From an uncultured Planctomycetota bacterium (GTDB lineage Bacteria; Planctomycetota; Planctomycetia; Isosphaerales; Isosphaeraceae): 64,000 bases of DNA. Under the pieces are notes generated by a model. That model was not told the DNA's origin, ran no database searches, and saw nothing but the letters and a program-made list of their open reading frames with translations. Location of the stretch: positions 320,001 to 384,000 of the forward strand of contig CAWJTV010000034.1 in the NCBI GenBank assembly GCA_963845755.1, given 5' to 3'. A program made the translations under genes and the position numbers. Every line of letters starts with the position of its first letter. The stretch's first letter is position 1. Of this stretch, positions 53,508 through 64,000 are shown in pieces.

Positions 53508-56500
53508 TCATGGCCCGGCGAAGACGTCGGCGGGCAAGTCGGGCATCCCCAGCTTGGCCTTCCACTCAGTGGCCTTTTCGGGCTTGCCCCATTCCTCGTA
53601 CAGGCGGACCACCCGCTCGGCGGCCTCGCGGAGGCGAAACCAATCCGGCACCCCGATCCGCGCCTCGCGGGCCTTCATTCCCTCGTAGCCCGCAACCACC
53701 GGTGACTCAGCCTCGCCAGACCTCCCTTGCCCCAGGAGCGCCCCGCCCAGCAGGCTCATCGCGTTGTACCGCGACCAGTCGTCAGGGTTCACCTTCTCGA
53801 GGATCGTCACGGCCTCTTGCAAGAGCGGCTCGGCCTCTGACATCCGCGATTGCTCGAGCAGGTTTCGGCCGAGCGCCACGAGGACTCCGGCCAGCGTGGG
53901 ACTGTCAGTCTTGGCGGCCTTTTGGAGACGGGCAAGCGACTCGCGAAGCAGGCTCTCAGCCTCGGCCCATCTGCCGAGCGACTCGTAGGCCGCGGCCAAT
54001 CCTTTGCGATTTTCAAGAGTAAAGGGATGGTCAGGACGCCTCTGGGTCTCGAGTCGATTGAGCGTCTCCTCGTACAGCTTGATCGCTTCGGAGAGCCGTC
54101 CAGCCTCTTGGTAGGCGATGGCTAGGTTGACGAGGCTCATGAAGGTATCGTCGTGGTCGAGACCCAGCTTGGCCTTGTACAGCTCGAGCGTCGATGCGTG
54201 CAGCCCAATCGCGTCGGTCGTCCGGCCAATTCCCTGGTAGATGGCGGCGAGGTTATTGCGGCACATGAGCGTCAGGGGATGGTCGGAGTCGAGCTTGGTC
54301 TTCGCCCGCTCAAGCGCGGTTTCGAACAATCCGAGCACTCGAAGAACTGGCCATCATCCCCATAATCGCTCGCCAGGGCGATCATGCATCTCAGCGTAAG
54401 GGGATGATCGGGGCCGAGCTTGACCGAGTACCCTTTCAGCGCCGCCTGATGCTGCGCGATGGCTTCCGAGAACCGGCCGGCGGCCCGGTAGGCGATGCCG
54501 AGGTTCATGCGGTTCATGATCGTGTCAACGTGGTCGGAGCCCAGCTTGGCTTCTTTCAGCCTGAGAGCCTCCTGTTGCAGCGTGATCGCATCCGACAGCC
54601 GGCCGGCCGCCCGGTAGCTGCTGGCCAGGTTGCCGAGGCTCTTCAACGTCTTTGGGTGGTCGGGACCCAACTTGATCTTGCTGAGCCGGCACACCTCCTC
54701 GAGCAATTCGATCGCTTGGGAGAGTCGGCCGGCACTCAGGTAAGATCCAGCCAGGTCGTTGCGGCTGGCGAGCGTATCGGGGTGGTCGGGGCCCAGCGTG
54801 ATTTGCCGCCGCTGAAGCGTCGCTTCATGCAGCGCGATCGCATCCGACAGCCGACCTTGTTCGTCGTAGGTGTTGGCCAGGCGAGCACAACTGGAAAGCG
54901 TGTCGGGGTGGTCGGGACCCAGTGCGGCCTCGCGCACGTCGCGAGCCCTCGTGAGTCAACTCTCGGCCCGGTCATTCAGACCCAAGCCGAGGTAAGTCCG
55001 GCCCAGGGCGTCCAGCAGCGACCCCTGGGTTGCCTTCGAACCGGCGAACGCCTGGTCGAGCTGGTCGCTGGCCCGGTCCAGCACGTCAACCACCTTGAGC
55101 TCGCGGCCGTCCTGCGAGGGATCCGGGCGTCGGAACGTCTCCACCAGGAACGTGCTCACCGCCTCGGCCTGCTTCCGCGACTCCTCCGACTGCGCCAGAG
55201 CCTCGAGGGTCTCGTCGTGAGACCTCTTAAGCCGATCGTTGGCCTGCGCCTGCACGGCGGCCACGACCCCCAGCCCGATCACTCCGGCCACAAGCGCCAC
55301 CACCGCCGCCGTCGCCGCCGTGCGGTGCCGCCACCCCCATCGCCGTACCCGGATCGAGACGGGCTCGCGCCAGGCCGTCACGGGCTCGTCGGCCAGCCAT
55401 CGCGTCACGTCGTCCGCCAGGCTTCGAGCCGAGAGATAGCGGTCTTCGGCGCGCGACGCCAGCGCCTTCAAGCAGATCGCCTCCAGGGCGCAGGGAGAGT
55501 CGCGGATCCCGGCTGCGCGGCGGTACGATCGCGGCCTCCCGCCCCGCCTCGAGCCGGTCCGGGGCCCGCAAGCCTGAGGTCTCGAAGGCGGATTTCCCTG
55601 TCAGAATCGCGTACAAGATCAGGCCCAGGCTGAAGACATCGCTGGCTGGACCCACCGTTTCTCCCTTGGCCTGTTCCGGGCTCATGTAATGCGGCGTACC
55701 CAGGATTTCCCCGGTGACCGTCACGTCCTCGGACGACGGGCCCGGCGATGGGGCATCCCCTGCGTCGTCGTTCGCCGCCCCGTCGCCGAACCGCTTGGCC
55801 AGGCCCCAGTCCATGACCAACGTCTCACCGTAAGGGCCGAGCATGATGTTCGATGGCTTCAGGTCGCGGTGCACCACCCCCTGATCGTGGGCATAGGCTA
55901 CCGTGTTGCAGGCCGCGATGAACTGCTGGAGCAACCCACGGAAACCCAGGCTCCTTCGGCCGGGGTCGCGGCGGAGCGAATCATCACTGTGGAACGTGTC
56001 GATCGCCCCCTGGAGATTCTGGCCGCGAATGAAGGGCATGGTGTAGAACGGCCCTCCGTCGTCCTGGCCCAGGCCGTAGATCGGCACGATGCCGGGATGC
56101 TGGAGCCGGGCCGTGAGGGCGGCCTCGCGAAGAAACCGGCAGCGCGCCGAGGCGCGTAGCTTGTCGGGCCGGATCCGCTTCAGCGCCACGAGGCGATCCA
56201 GTTCTTCCTGATGGGCTGTGTAGACGACCCCCAGCCCGCCATGGTCGTGATGGCGCCGGGGCCGATAGACGGCCGTGGCTCGCAAGACCTCGGGCACCCG
56301 GTGATCGGGCCCCGCACGCGTGGGATCGCAGTGCCCGGCCATCGAACGCGATTCGAGCTTTTCGGTATCGAGAGCCGAATCCATGGCCTGAAGGGCTTCA
56401 ACCCGGTGCCGGACCTCCCCGACGAGTTCCGGACAACTGGCACAAAGCTCCTCGATGGACAGGGGCATGCCGTGGTCTCGCATGTCTTCCCAGCGATCGA

Positions 56501-56531
56501 CCAGGTCATCGACGCGTGTCTCGGTTTCCAT
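53508..56531 (-). CDS. Ser/Thr protein kinase with C-terminal TPR repeats, frameshifts at ~55495, ~54950 and ~54340
   Basis: 'GGLGVVY', 'VALKRI', 'HRDLKPSN', 'DWGLAK', 'GTPHYMSPEQA' and repeated 'LGPDHPDTL...NLA..Y...GR..EA'. Confidence 0.92.
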
Positions 56532-56904
56532 GGGTGTCCTCGCCTTGCGAATCCCCGTTTCGGCACGGGGCTCCGACCCCGTCGAACGCCTGGCCGCAGG
56601 TCTCCCCGGCTGGCGAACAGAACGTTCCTGACTTCAGGTCAGCGCCGCCGTCGCGTTCAATGCATGAATAATGCATGAATTCTGATGCTACCACCCCGAC
56701 GCTGCCGGTGAAAGTAGAAACCGTGGGGCGCCGGACCGCTCGACCGTCGTTGCCCAGGGTGCTGTCTGATCTGCGACGGTTGTGGTGGGTGAACGAAAGC
56801 CTTGCTGGTTTCTCCACTTTCCTTGTCCCTGATCGGGGTGGCTTCCGCTCGTCAGAGTAGATCAGCTCCCTCCGGAGGCGCTGGAGACTCGGGACGGCGG
56901 CCAG

Positions 56905-57098
56905 GCCGTCGGCCCGAGCCCCAAGTCCTCGCGATAACCTGAGCGGCCGAACGATTTCGGCGATCCTACGCAGGACCGCGTCGCGGTGTGGTGGTCCGGT
57001 TGGATTGCGACTAGGCCGCGAATCGGTCGCTGGGCCGGGATCTTCGGATCATCGGCAAGTCCTTCGTCATGATGCCGCTCGGCCGCGGAGCTTCTTGA
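56905..57098 (+). pseudogene. Remnant of a bacterial sugar transferase (priming glycosyltransferase) 3' end
   Basis: 56991-57098 translates as VVRLDCD*AANRSLGRDLRIIGKSFVMMPLGRGAS*, matching the '..RLDL.Y...WSL..DL.I...T......GRGA' C-terminus; upstream 'VGPSP' resembles 'VGPRP'. Confidence 0.6.
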
Positions 57099-57306
57099 AA
57101 CCGTCAGGATGTGAACGACCACCGTTGGGCGCCCCGTAGCGGACCGAGGTCTCGCGAGGAGAGATCGCCAGTCTTCGGGGTCAGGAGCTCCCGCGCCCAG
57201 CGGAGTTCAGGTGATCGGGCAACCGATCGGCCCGTCGTTCGTTGCGCGCTACGTCTCGTTCGTTTTTCTTTCTAAAGCTCAGCCTCTCAGACAAGGAGAC
57301 TTCAGC

Positions 57307-58530
57307 ATGTCGATTCAATTGCGCCTTCTCGGATCGATTCGGTTGCTATTCGCGAGCATCGCAGTGATGGGAAAGATTCTCCCCCGGCTTTGGAACGCTT
57401 TGAAAAAGGAAACACTCCTTCGACGTCGTCCCCAGGCGATACGACGCAGGTCACGCATCTCGACCTGCCTGCTGAGTGGAACTATGATAATATTTACATC
57501 AATGACGGCTCTTGCTGGGGGCATCCAAGTCGCTTCATCGGGGGCAATGGAGTCGGTGCCACTGCAAAACAAGCTGAAACCAGGGGCGACGGGATCGGTG
57601 CTCGCCTATTCCAACGCCACTGACTCTGTAACCAGCGCAAAGATCGTGAATGGCGATCCGAGTGCCGCCCCGGGTCGAACATACGATCCCCCGAAGGGCA
57701 TCTCTTATTTCTTCAATGTGAACGTGACCAAAGGCATTTGGCCTTTTTCGAAGACGACGACCACTCTCTACAGTCCCGCAGTCGGCTACGGGCCAGTACC
57801 CAAGGCCGTTGGGGTTAGGGAATTCGTCACCAGTAAGTCGATATCTGGTGACGGTTCGGCCATGGGTCACGGGGAGTTCACCGGTACGGGGAGTGCTGGA
57901 ACCCTCACCGGCTCATCACTCCTGGCCAGCGCGGAGGCGAGTTCAGTGTCGCCAGGAAACGCAGAGGGGGCAGGTTACAGCAACGACCCTTACACCGTGC
58001 TCCACAACTCGTCGGGCACCTTTGAGTACAATCCAACCATCTCGAATCTGAGTCTCACCATCCAGGGGCCGGGGGCGGGCGGCTCCGGTGGGGTCGCCGG
58101 GATCGAACTCGCGGCTTACTCCAGTCTCGTCCCGACTACGGACGGCTCGCTCGGCATGCTCTGGGATATGGTCGTTGATCTCAATTCGAACGGTCAGTCT
58201 AGCGTCGGCTTTCAGAGTGCCTCCATCCTCGGGTTGAACGATGCGCAGGAGGCGCAGCAGATCGTTGATAATCTCACTTTCAATACATCCGATCTCTCCA
58301 ATCTCAGCATCGCTCTTGCGAACCCTCAAGGTTTCGAGCTGTTCGATCAAACGATCTCCGCCGCCCAAGATTTCACGATGTCGGAGACCGTAGGCTCGTT
58401 CGCGATAGCCGGTTCCGTGCCCGAACCCTCGACCCTCGTACTGGCCGGCATCGCATGCACGATACTCATCGCGGTTCAGATTCTGAGGCGGCGAGGCCGG
58501 CGGATCGTCGAGATGACTGGACTGGCATGA
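57307..58530 (+). CDS. PEP-CTERM sorting domain protein
   Basis: AAGGAG RBS; Ser/Gly/Thr-rich body; C-terminal 'VPEPSTLVLAGIACTILIAVQILRRRGRR'. Confidence 0.9.
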   Translation: MSIQLRLLGSIRLLFASIAVMGKILPRLWNALKKETLLRRRPQAIRRRSRISTCLLSGTMIIFTSMTALAGGIQVASSGAMESVPLQNKLKPGATGSVLAYSNATDSVTSAKIVNGDPSAAPGRTYDPPKGISYFFNVNVTKGIWPFSKTTTTLYSPAVGYGPVPKAVGVREFVTSKSISGDGSAMGHGEFTGTGSAGTLTGSSLLASAEASSVSPGNAEGAGYSNDPYTVLHNSSGTFEYNPTISNLSLTIQGPGAGGSGGVAGIELAAYSSLVPTTDGSLGMLWDMVVDLNSNGQSSVGFQSASILGLNDAQEAQQIVDNLTFNTSDLSNLSIALANPQGFELFDQTISAAQDFTMSETVGSFAIAGSVPEPSTLVLAGIACTILIAVQILRRRGRRIVEMTGLA

Positions 58531-58571
58531 TGGGTGGCGATCGGATGCCCAGCGTCTCATTCTCGAGACGG

Positions 58572-58683
58572 AGAATGCTGGTCGATTATCCAGGGCGAGA
58601 CGTGGTCCCGCATCTCCCCAGCGATCGGAGACATCATCAACGCGCGTCCTCGTTTTCCTGGGTGTCCTCGCCGTCGAGAATCC
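58572..58683 (-). pseudogene. Degenerate duplicate of the 5' end of the 53508-56531 kinase gene
   Basis: 58672-58601 aligns by hand to 56544-56471 at 61/75 columns; the ATG is disrupted; translates 'TRVDDVSDRWGD' versus 'TRVDDLVDRWED'. Confidence 0.8.
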
Positions 58684-58691
58684 ATCGAACA

Positions 58692-59312
58692 TCAGTCGGG
58701 CAATCGGCCACCGAGCCTCTGATGGAGCTTGAGCCGGGCCGAGCGCCAGCGGTACTTCACGACCCGCTCGGTGACACCCAGAAGGGCGGCGGCCTCTGCC
58801 TGAGTCAGGCCCTGATACCACAACAGATCGAACGCCTCTCTCTCCTCATCGGGCAAGTTCCCAACCTGCTCGTGGAACTCGGTCCACGCTGACAGCCGGG
58901 TTGGGTCGTCCGTGTCATTGGTCGCGTCCAGCCGGCCGGGCGGGCTCTCCGAGCCGTCCGAGCCGGCCTGGCTGGCATGATGACGCCCTGGTCCTTCCGG
59001 CCCGTCGTAGTGCCGCGCCAGGTCGATCAGCTCGCGGCGGATCTGCAACGCGGCCAGGTTGATGAAGCTGCGCACCGAGACTGGCTTGACCTCGTTGAGC
59101 GCCCGACAGAGCCGCATCGCTGCGTTCTGGAGGATGTCGTCGGTCTCCTCCCACCGCTTTACGCCGGGGTAGCCGCGGAGCATCTTGCGGGCCAGCCGGC
59201 ACAACCGCTCACGGGCGATCTCCAACAGCTCGTCGCGCGCCGATTCGTCGCCGGCCCGCAGGCGGTCGAGGCGAAGCTGGATCTGCGTCGTGGAATGGCT
59301 TGCAAAGGCCAT
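58692..59312 (-). CDS. ECF-type sigma-70 factor (planctomycete kinase-associated type)
   Basis: 'LDRLRAGDESARDELL', 'RWEETDDILQ' and 'LPDEEREAFDLLWYQGLTQAEAAALLGVTERVVKYRWRSARL'. Confidence 0.9.
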   Translation of the reverse strand: MAFASHSTTQIQLRLDRLRAGDESARDELLEIARERLCRLARKMLRGYPGVKRWEETDDILQNAAMRLCRALNEVKPVSVRSFINLAALQIRRELIDLARHYDGPEGPGRHHASQAGSDGSESPPGRLDATNDTDDPTRLSAWTEFHEQVGNLPDEEREAFDLLWYQGLTQAEAAALLGVTERVVKYRWRSARLKLHQRLGGRLPD

Positions 59313-59563
59313 GGAAGTCATCCGCCAGCCCGGCGATCTCAACGTCCCGAGCCCATCATCACACGCGATGCTTGGGTCTCGATGCTACCACCTGCCCTCT
59401 ACCGGTGATAGGAACGTGGGCCGTCTTTTCGAGGGCGGTCCTCCTCGATGGCTGCACCTCCCCGTCGGCCCGGTCGATCTCCCCCTTGCCGATCGCGGGG
59501 TAGCGGCCCGCTGGTTCGAGGGGCCGCAAATGGGGCGCATGCACGATTCAGTAGGAGTAAATA

Positions 59564-59591
59564 ACTAAATATAGTATGTGCTATATTGACA
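59564..59591. other. dif-like 11-6-11 palindromic site
   Basis: ACTAAATATAG-TATGTG-CTATATTGACA in an AT-rich patch; inner 7 bp form a perfect inverted repeat. Confidence 0.4.
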
Positions 59592-59685
59592 CCGATAAAT
59601 CGGGCATCGGCTGGGTACACCTGTTCTTCCACCTGTTTCGACGTGCACAGGAGGCCGGACACTGACGCACCAGCACACCGGGGGC

Positions 59686-62600
59686 TCACCCCCCTTCCCC
59701 GGCCGGGCGGGTCTGGAATTCTCGGAGATACGATTCGTAAGCGGGATCGCCGGGCCGCCTGAGGTCGCGTCCGAACGGGAAGGCCGGCATCCCGCGCGAC
59801 GGGAGCGGACCGACCGTGTCGCTGGCGGCCGTGAACGGGTCGGCATCCTTGCAATAACCATAAGAGCGGAGCACGTAGCTGCGCGTCCAGCCCTTGGCCA
59901 GCGGCGGCAGGTCCGCCGCATCGAACTCGAGCCGCACCTCGTCTCCCGGCCCGATCAGGCAGAGCTGGTCGTCATCATGCTGGAGCAGCCTCGCTACGTC
60001 GCCGTACCGGGTCAGCCTGCCCGAGAACCGCGCCAGCGGTGCCGGATCGACGTAGTCGTAATCGTAGAGCAAGGGGAGGCGCCCGTCGGGCGAGACCTCG
60101 CGGGTGTAGCCCCGATAGGCCAGTGCGGCGCGGGCCACGGGAAGCGTCGCGACCCGGAGCGCGGACTCTGCCGCGCGGTCGCGGACCGCGATGAATGCCT
60201 GGTCGTAGTAGCATTCCATGTTGGTCTTGATTCGAAGTTCGCAATGAGGACCGCTCAGCTTTCCGGTCAAGTCGAGCGTCATGAGCCGGGGCATCCCGGC
60301 GGGATAGCCCGCGTGGGGCTCGATGATTTCCCAGGTTCCATCGTCGCGCCGCCGCTCGATGGCCGGAGGTTTCAGCGAGACTCCCGCCGTCGCAGCGGCG
60401 TAGTTGGTCTGAGAGTAAGGATACTCCACCCATCCCACCAGGCAGAGCACGAGCCGATCCTCGGGCGAGAACTTGCCGAGGCGATCGCCGAAATCGAGGA
60501 CGATGCCGTGTTCCTCGGCGTAGCCGATCCAGCCGGCTCGCTTCCGGAAATCGTCCGCGGTGCGGCGATCCCAGTGTCGCAGGATCACGGTCAGGTCGCG
60601 GCCCTCGAGGTCGCGGCGCGGACCGGCTCGACTTGCGTCCGCCACGCCATCAGTTCGCCAGTCGGCCGCGGACCTTCGGGTGCGAATCGTTCGTCCGGTG
60701 TGGACGAGACTCCGGGAGGCCGGTCAACCACTTCGAGCCGGACGTGGTCGAGGTAAGCGATCTCGTCCATCGGCTCGGTGATCGACAGCCGGAACACGCC
60801 ATCGATTGGCCGGAGCTGATCGCCGGAGATGGCGACGGCCTCGTCGCGGTCGGGCTGGCTGTAGACCCCCGGCGCGACCAGGTAGCCAAGGCCCCCGCCG
60901 CCCAGGAAGTCGCCCATGCACACGAAGCGTTGACCGTTCCACGTGAAAAGGACCGGACAACTGCCGGTTTTGCGGTTGTTCTCGGCCAGGTTCAGCCGCT
61001 GGTCGGCCGCGACATTAAGCTCGCACTGGATGACCCCATCGGGCCATCGCAGGTGGATCAGGTCCGTCTTCTTGCTCTCGCCGAGCCCCAGAACGATCGG
61101 GGCCATCGACTGGCCGAGGCCGGAATCTGGAGTCGTGTAGTCGAAGCTTGCACGAACCCCCTGCCCTTCGAGGATGACTCGAGTCCCAAGACCGTGGGAA
61201 TTCGTCCGAGACAACTCGGGCTTGACTCGCCAATGTCCGCCGAGTTGGAGGGCCAGCCAGTGCCGGCCATTGCCCTTGTTGGCGGCAACGACCGGCGCCT
61301 CGCCAGACCTCAGGACCAAAATGTCGGGAAGCGGATCACCGATGAGATCGACGGCAATCACGCTTTCGACCCCAGAGGTCTCGAATGGCAGCGGCAGGGT
61401 CTGAACCGTATGGCGCTTGCCCTCATTGCGAGCCCAGGACGGCAGATGAACATCGCGAGGCTGGTTCGACGGGCTCGGCAGACCGAGCAGGTCCGGCCGG
61501 CCGTCGAGGTCCAGGTCGATCGCCTGGGCCGATCGCCAGCTCGCGGCATTGATTGGCCATGCCTCGAAGGCGAGCCGAGTCCCTTCCACGGTCGTCCGCT
61601 CCGTGGTATTCCGCCAACAGAGCACCGGCCCTCCCGCGCACGGCGCGACCAGGTCGGCGCGGCCATCGGCGTCGAAGTCAGCGACGAGCAGGCCCGAGGC
61701 GGATGTGGCCGATGCGAGGCCCTTCACAACAGCGACATGAAATTGGCCAAGTCGATCGTTGAGGATCGCGACCGGCTCGGCGCCGTCGGCGACGGAGACC
61801 AAGTCGAGGTCGCGGTCGTTGTCGATATCGAGGATGGCGATGCCGGTGTGGGCCGATTGGCCGCCCGCCAGCGCCTCGACACCCGCCCAGGGAGTCAAGC
61901 CGATCGAGAGTCCACCCTTCGCCTTGATGTTCTCCCACGCGACCGCCAAGGGTGCCCAGGCGGGTTCGGGGCTACCCGCGATGGGTTCGGGCTTGCCGTC
62001 GTTGCGATAAACCGAATTGGCCAGGCCCGTTGGTGGTCCACCGGAGTCGCGGAATGCCTGGTCCGCATTCGCGGTGGCGCAGTAGTTCACGATGTAAAGG
62101 TCGAGGTCGCCATCCTGGTCCAGATCCGTCCAGCGGGCCGTGAGCGAAAGCGCCGGCGGCCCCATCGGCTTCATCGTGCTCGTGATGTCCTCAAACAACT
62201 TCCCAGCCCGGTTGCGTAGCAGTCGATTGTCGCCGACTCCCGTCAGAAAAAGATCGATACGCCGGTCAGCGTCGAAGTCGGCCGCCGCCACGCCTACGCT
62301 CGCACGGTTCCCGGTCAAACCGAACTCGCCTGACGCGTCCTCGAAGCCTTCCTCCCCCTTGTTCACGAGCAAGATGTCACGAATCCCCTTGGGCCCGATT
62401 ACCGCGGAGGTAAGATAGAGGTCAAGCTTACCATCGCCGTCGGCGTCGAAGGCGGCAACCGCCGCCCCAAACCGTTGGCGAATCCGCCCGATCACCGCCG
62501 CTGGACCGATGAAATCCGAGGGTTTGACCCACCGTTCGTCTGGCGCGAGCTTCACCTGCAGGGGCCGGGTGAGTTCGAGGTCAGGTGGCCGTGGTGGGGA

Positions 62601-63492
62601 AGGATCCGCGGTCTCGGATCGTGGAAATGGATTCACGACGCTCGCGTACTTGCCCATCTCGCCATAAACTTTCCCGGCCAGAGTGCCGGGACCGGGTGAC
62701 GGCTCGGGGCGATCCGGATCGATCTTCTTCCAGCGGGCGAGCAACTCTTTCGATCGCGCCGGATTCTTCATGAAACGGGATGCCATGAACATTTTGTAAA
62801 TCGCTGGCGTCAAGTACGGGTCCCGTTCGAGAGCCTTGGAGAACAACTCCATCTGTTCTTGCGCCTGTCCGGGACCCGCCGGCGCCGTCGGATTATTCGT
62901 GTCTGGTAGAGTGCTCCCCATCCAGTACCAGCCGCCCGCATCGTTGGGATCGATCTCGGTCACGCGCTTGAAGTGGTGGAAGGCTTCGGAGAGATTCCCC
63001 TGTTGTTCGAGGATGATGCCCCGGCAGAAATGGGCGTACGGGTTGTCGGGATCGCGATCCAGGACCCTGGACAGGAGATCGAGGGCTTCGTCGAAGTTGC
63101 TGGGCGCCTGGTTGGCCCCCCCTTTCTTCGCGGCTTCCGCTTTGACTCCCGTATCATTTAACAGCGCGAACGGCCAGGTTGATCGCACCGGGGATCCACC
63201 CAGGGGCACGAGTATGCACGTCCCGAAATGCCTGAATCGCGTCCGAATACTTATACTGCTCCATGCATCCCAGGCCTTTGAAGTGCTTCACCATCACCTC
63301 GGCCAACTGGTCGGGTGGGATCTCGTCCTTGAGGGGTTCCGCCGCCACGGACTCCCGGACGACTGCCCCTGGCGCGGATGGTTCCTTGATCGTGGTTTCG
63401 GGCTCGGGCTGCGAGTGACAGGCGGAGACCGCAATGAGGCCAAGCGCCGCGATGAAGACGAGGGCGAGGCGCCCAAAGACTCGCGCAGGCAT
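59686..63492 (-). CDS. Lipoprotein with TPR, FG-GAP/VCBS repeats and ASPIC/UnbV domain (CRTAC1-like), frameshifts at ~63170 and ~60610
   Basis: Lipobox-like 'IAVSAC'; repeated 'DFDADG..DL'; 'TNSHGLGTRV', 'LRWPDGVIQ' and 'GSCPVLFTWNG'. Confidence 0.88.
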
Positions 63493-63618
63493 CGTCACAC
63501 TCCTCGGAGATGATGGATCGAAACCGGATGAGATCGAATCACTCAAACTCGGCCGCTCGCAACGAGATAACGAAAATGAGCCCGCGGCGATCATCAGAAC
63601 GGCCTACTCAGAGCCCGC

Positions 63619-64000
63619 TCACGACGTGCGACCGCCGGGGCGAAGGATTGGCCGAGCGTAGAGTTCAGTATAGGCATCGGCTCGCAGGTGGGAAAGCAGA
63701 TGATGCCCTCGTCGCCGTTCACGTTCGGCGCAGGGCCGCCAGGTCGAACCGGACCGACCACGATCTTCTCGCCGGGTCCCGGGTCGGCCTGGGAAAGGAT
63801 CCGGCCGTCGTAGTCAACGATCATGCTCCCACCCGGCCAGGAGAATGGCGGGTAGTTCCGGGCGCTGGCCCCTTGATTGGCCGCCACGACGAACGCGAAG
63901 TTCTCCACGGCGCGGGCGCGGTTGAACAGGGTCCACCAGTCCATTGGGGGCGTGGCGCCCCAGGGGTCCATGTAGGCGGAGACGCGGATCAGGACCTCCG
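63619..64000 (-). CDS. Carbon-nitrogen hydrolase (nitrilase family), 3' part only, frameshifted, end approximate
   Basis: 'NRARAVEN..FVVAANQG....GGSMIVDYDGRIL'. Confidence 0.8.

Noticed and set aside
1..64000. CRISPR array, rRNA, tmRNA, RNase P or SRP RNA
   Set aside because: No regularly spaced short repeats or signature motifs were seen by eye. The only long tandem repeat is the coding B-lectin repeat.

Overview
High-GC planctomycete chromosome, probably Isosphaeraceae-like. This is inferred from three DUF1559 genes, a planctomycete-type ECF sigma factor with a TPR Ser/Thr kinase, an 'LExLxxRxLLS' export motif and an ASPIC/UnbV protein. Housekeeping genes (mtnA, ilvB, xerC, tRNA-Met(CAT), proS, a WecA/MraY-like transferase, an O-antigen-ligase-like gene) are interspersed with many secreted or envelope hypothetical proteins and one complete IS5-family element. 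About 15 genes carry 1-2 bp indels, including essential proS, so most frameshifts are probably long-read assembly errors rather than biology. The best leads are: (1) a DUF3775-like + HEPN two-gene cassette, a candidate toxin-antitoxin or defence module; (2) a DUF1559 gene with an in-frame TGA at a position that is Cys in its neighbouring paralogue, followed by a bacterial-SECIS-like hairpin; (3) an NtrC-like regulator next to xerC that lacks the phospho-acceptor Asp, GAFTGA and a normal Walker B; (4) a ~46-59.6 kb decaying region of secreted-protein genes, where an ECF-kinase pair is split by a PEP-CTERM cassette flanked by a duplicated kinase 5' end, ending at a dif-like 11-6-11 palindrome. 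All family assignments come from motif recognition by eye; no searches were run.
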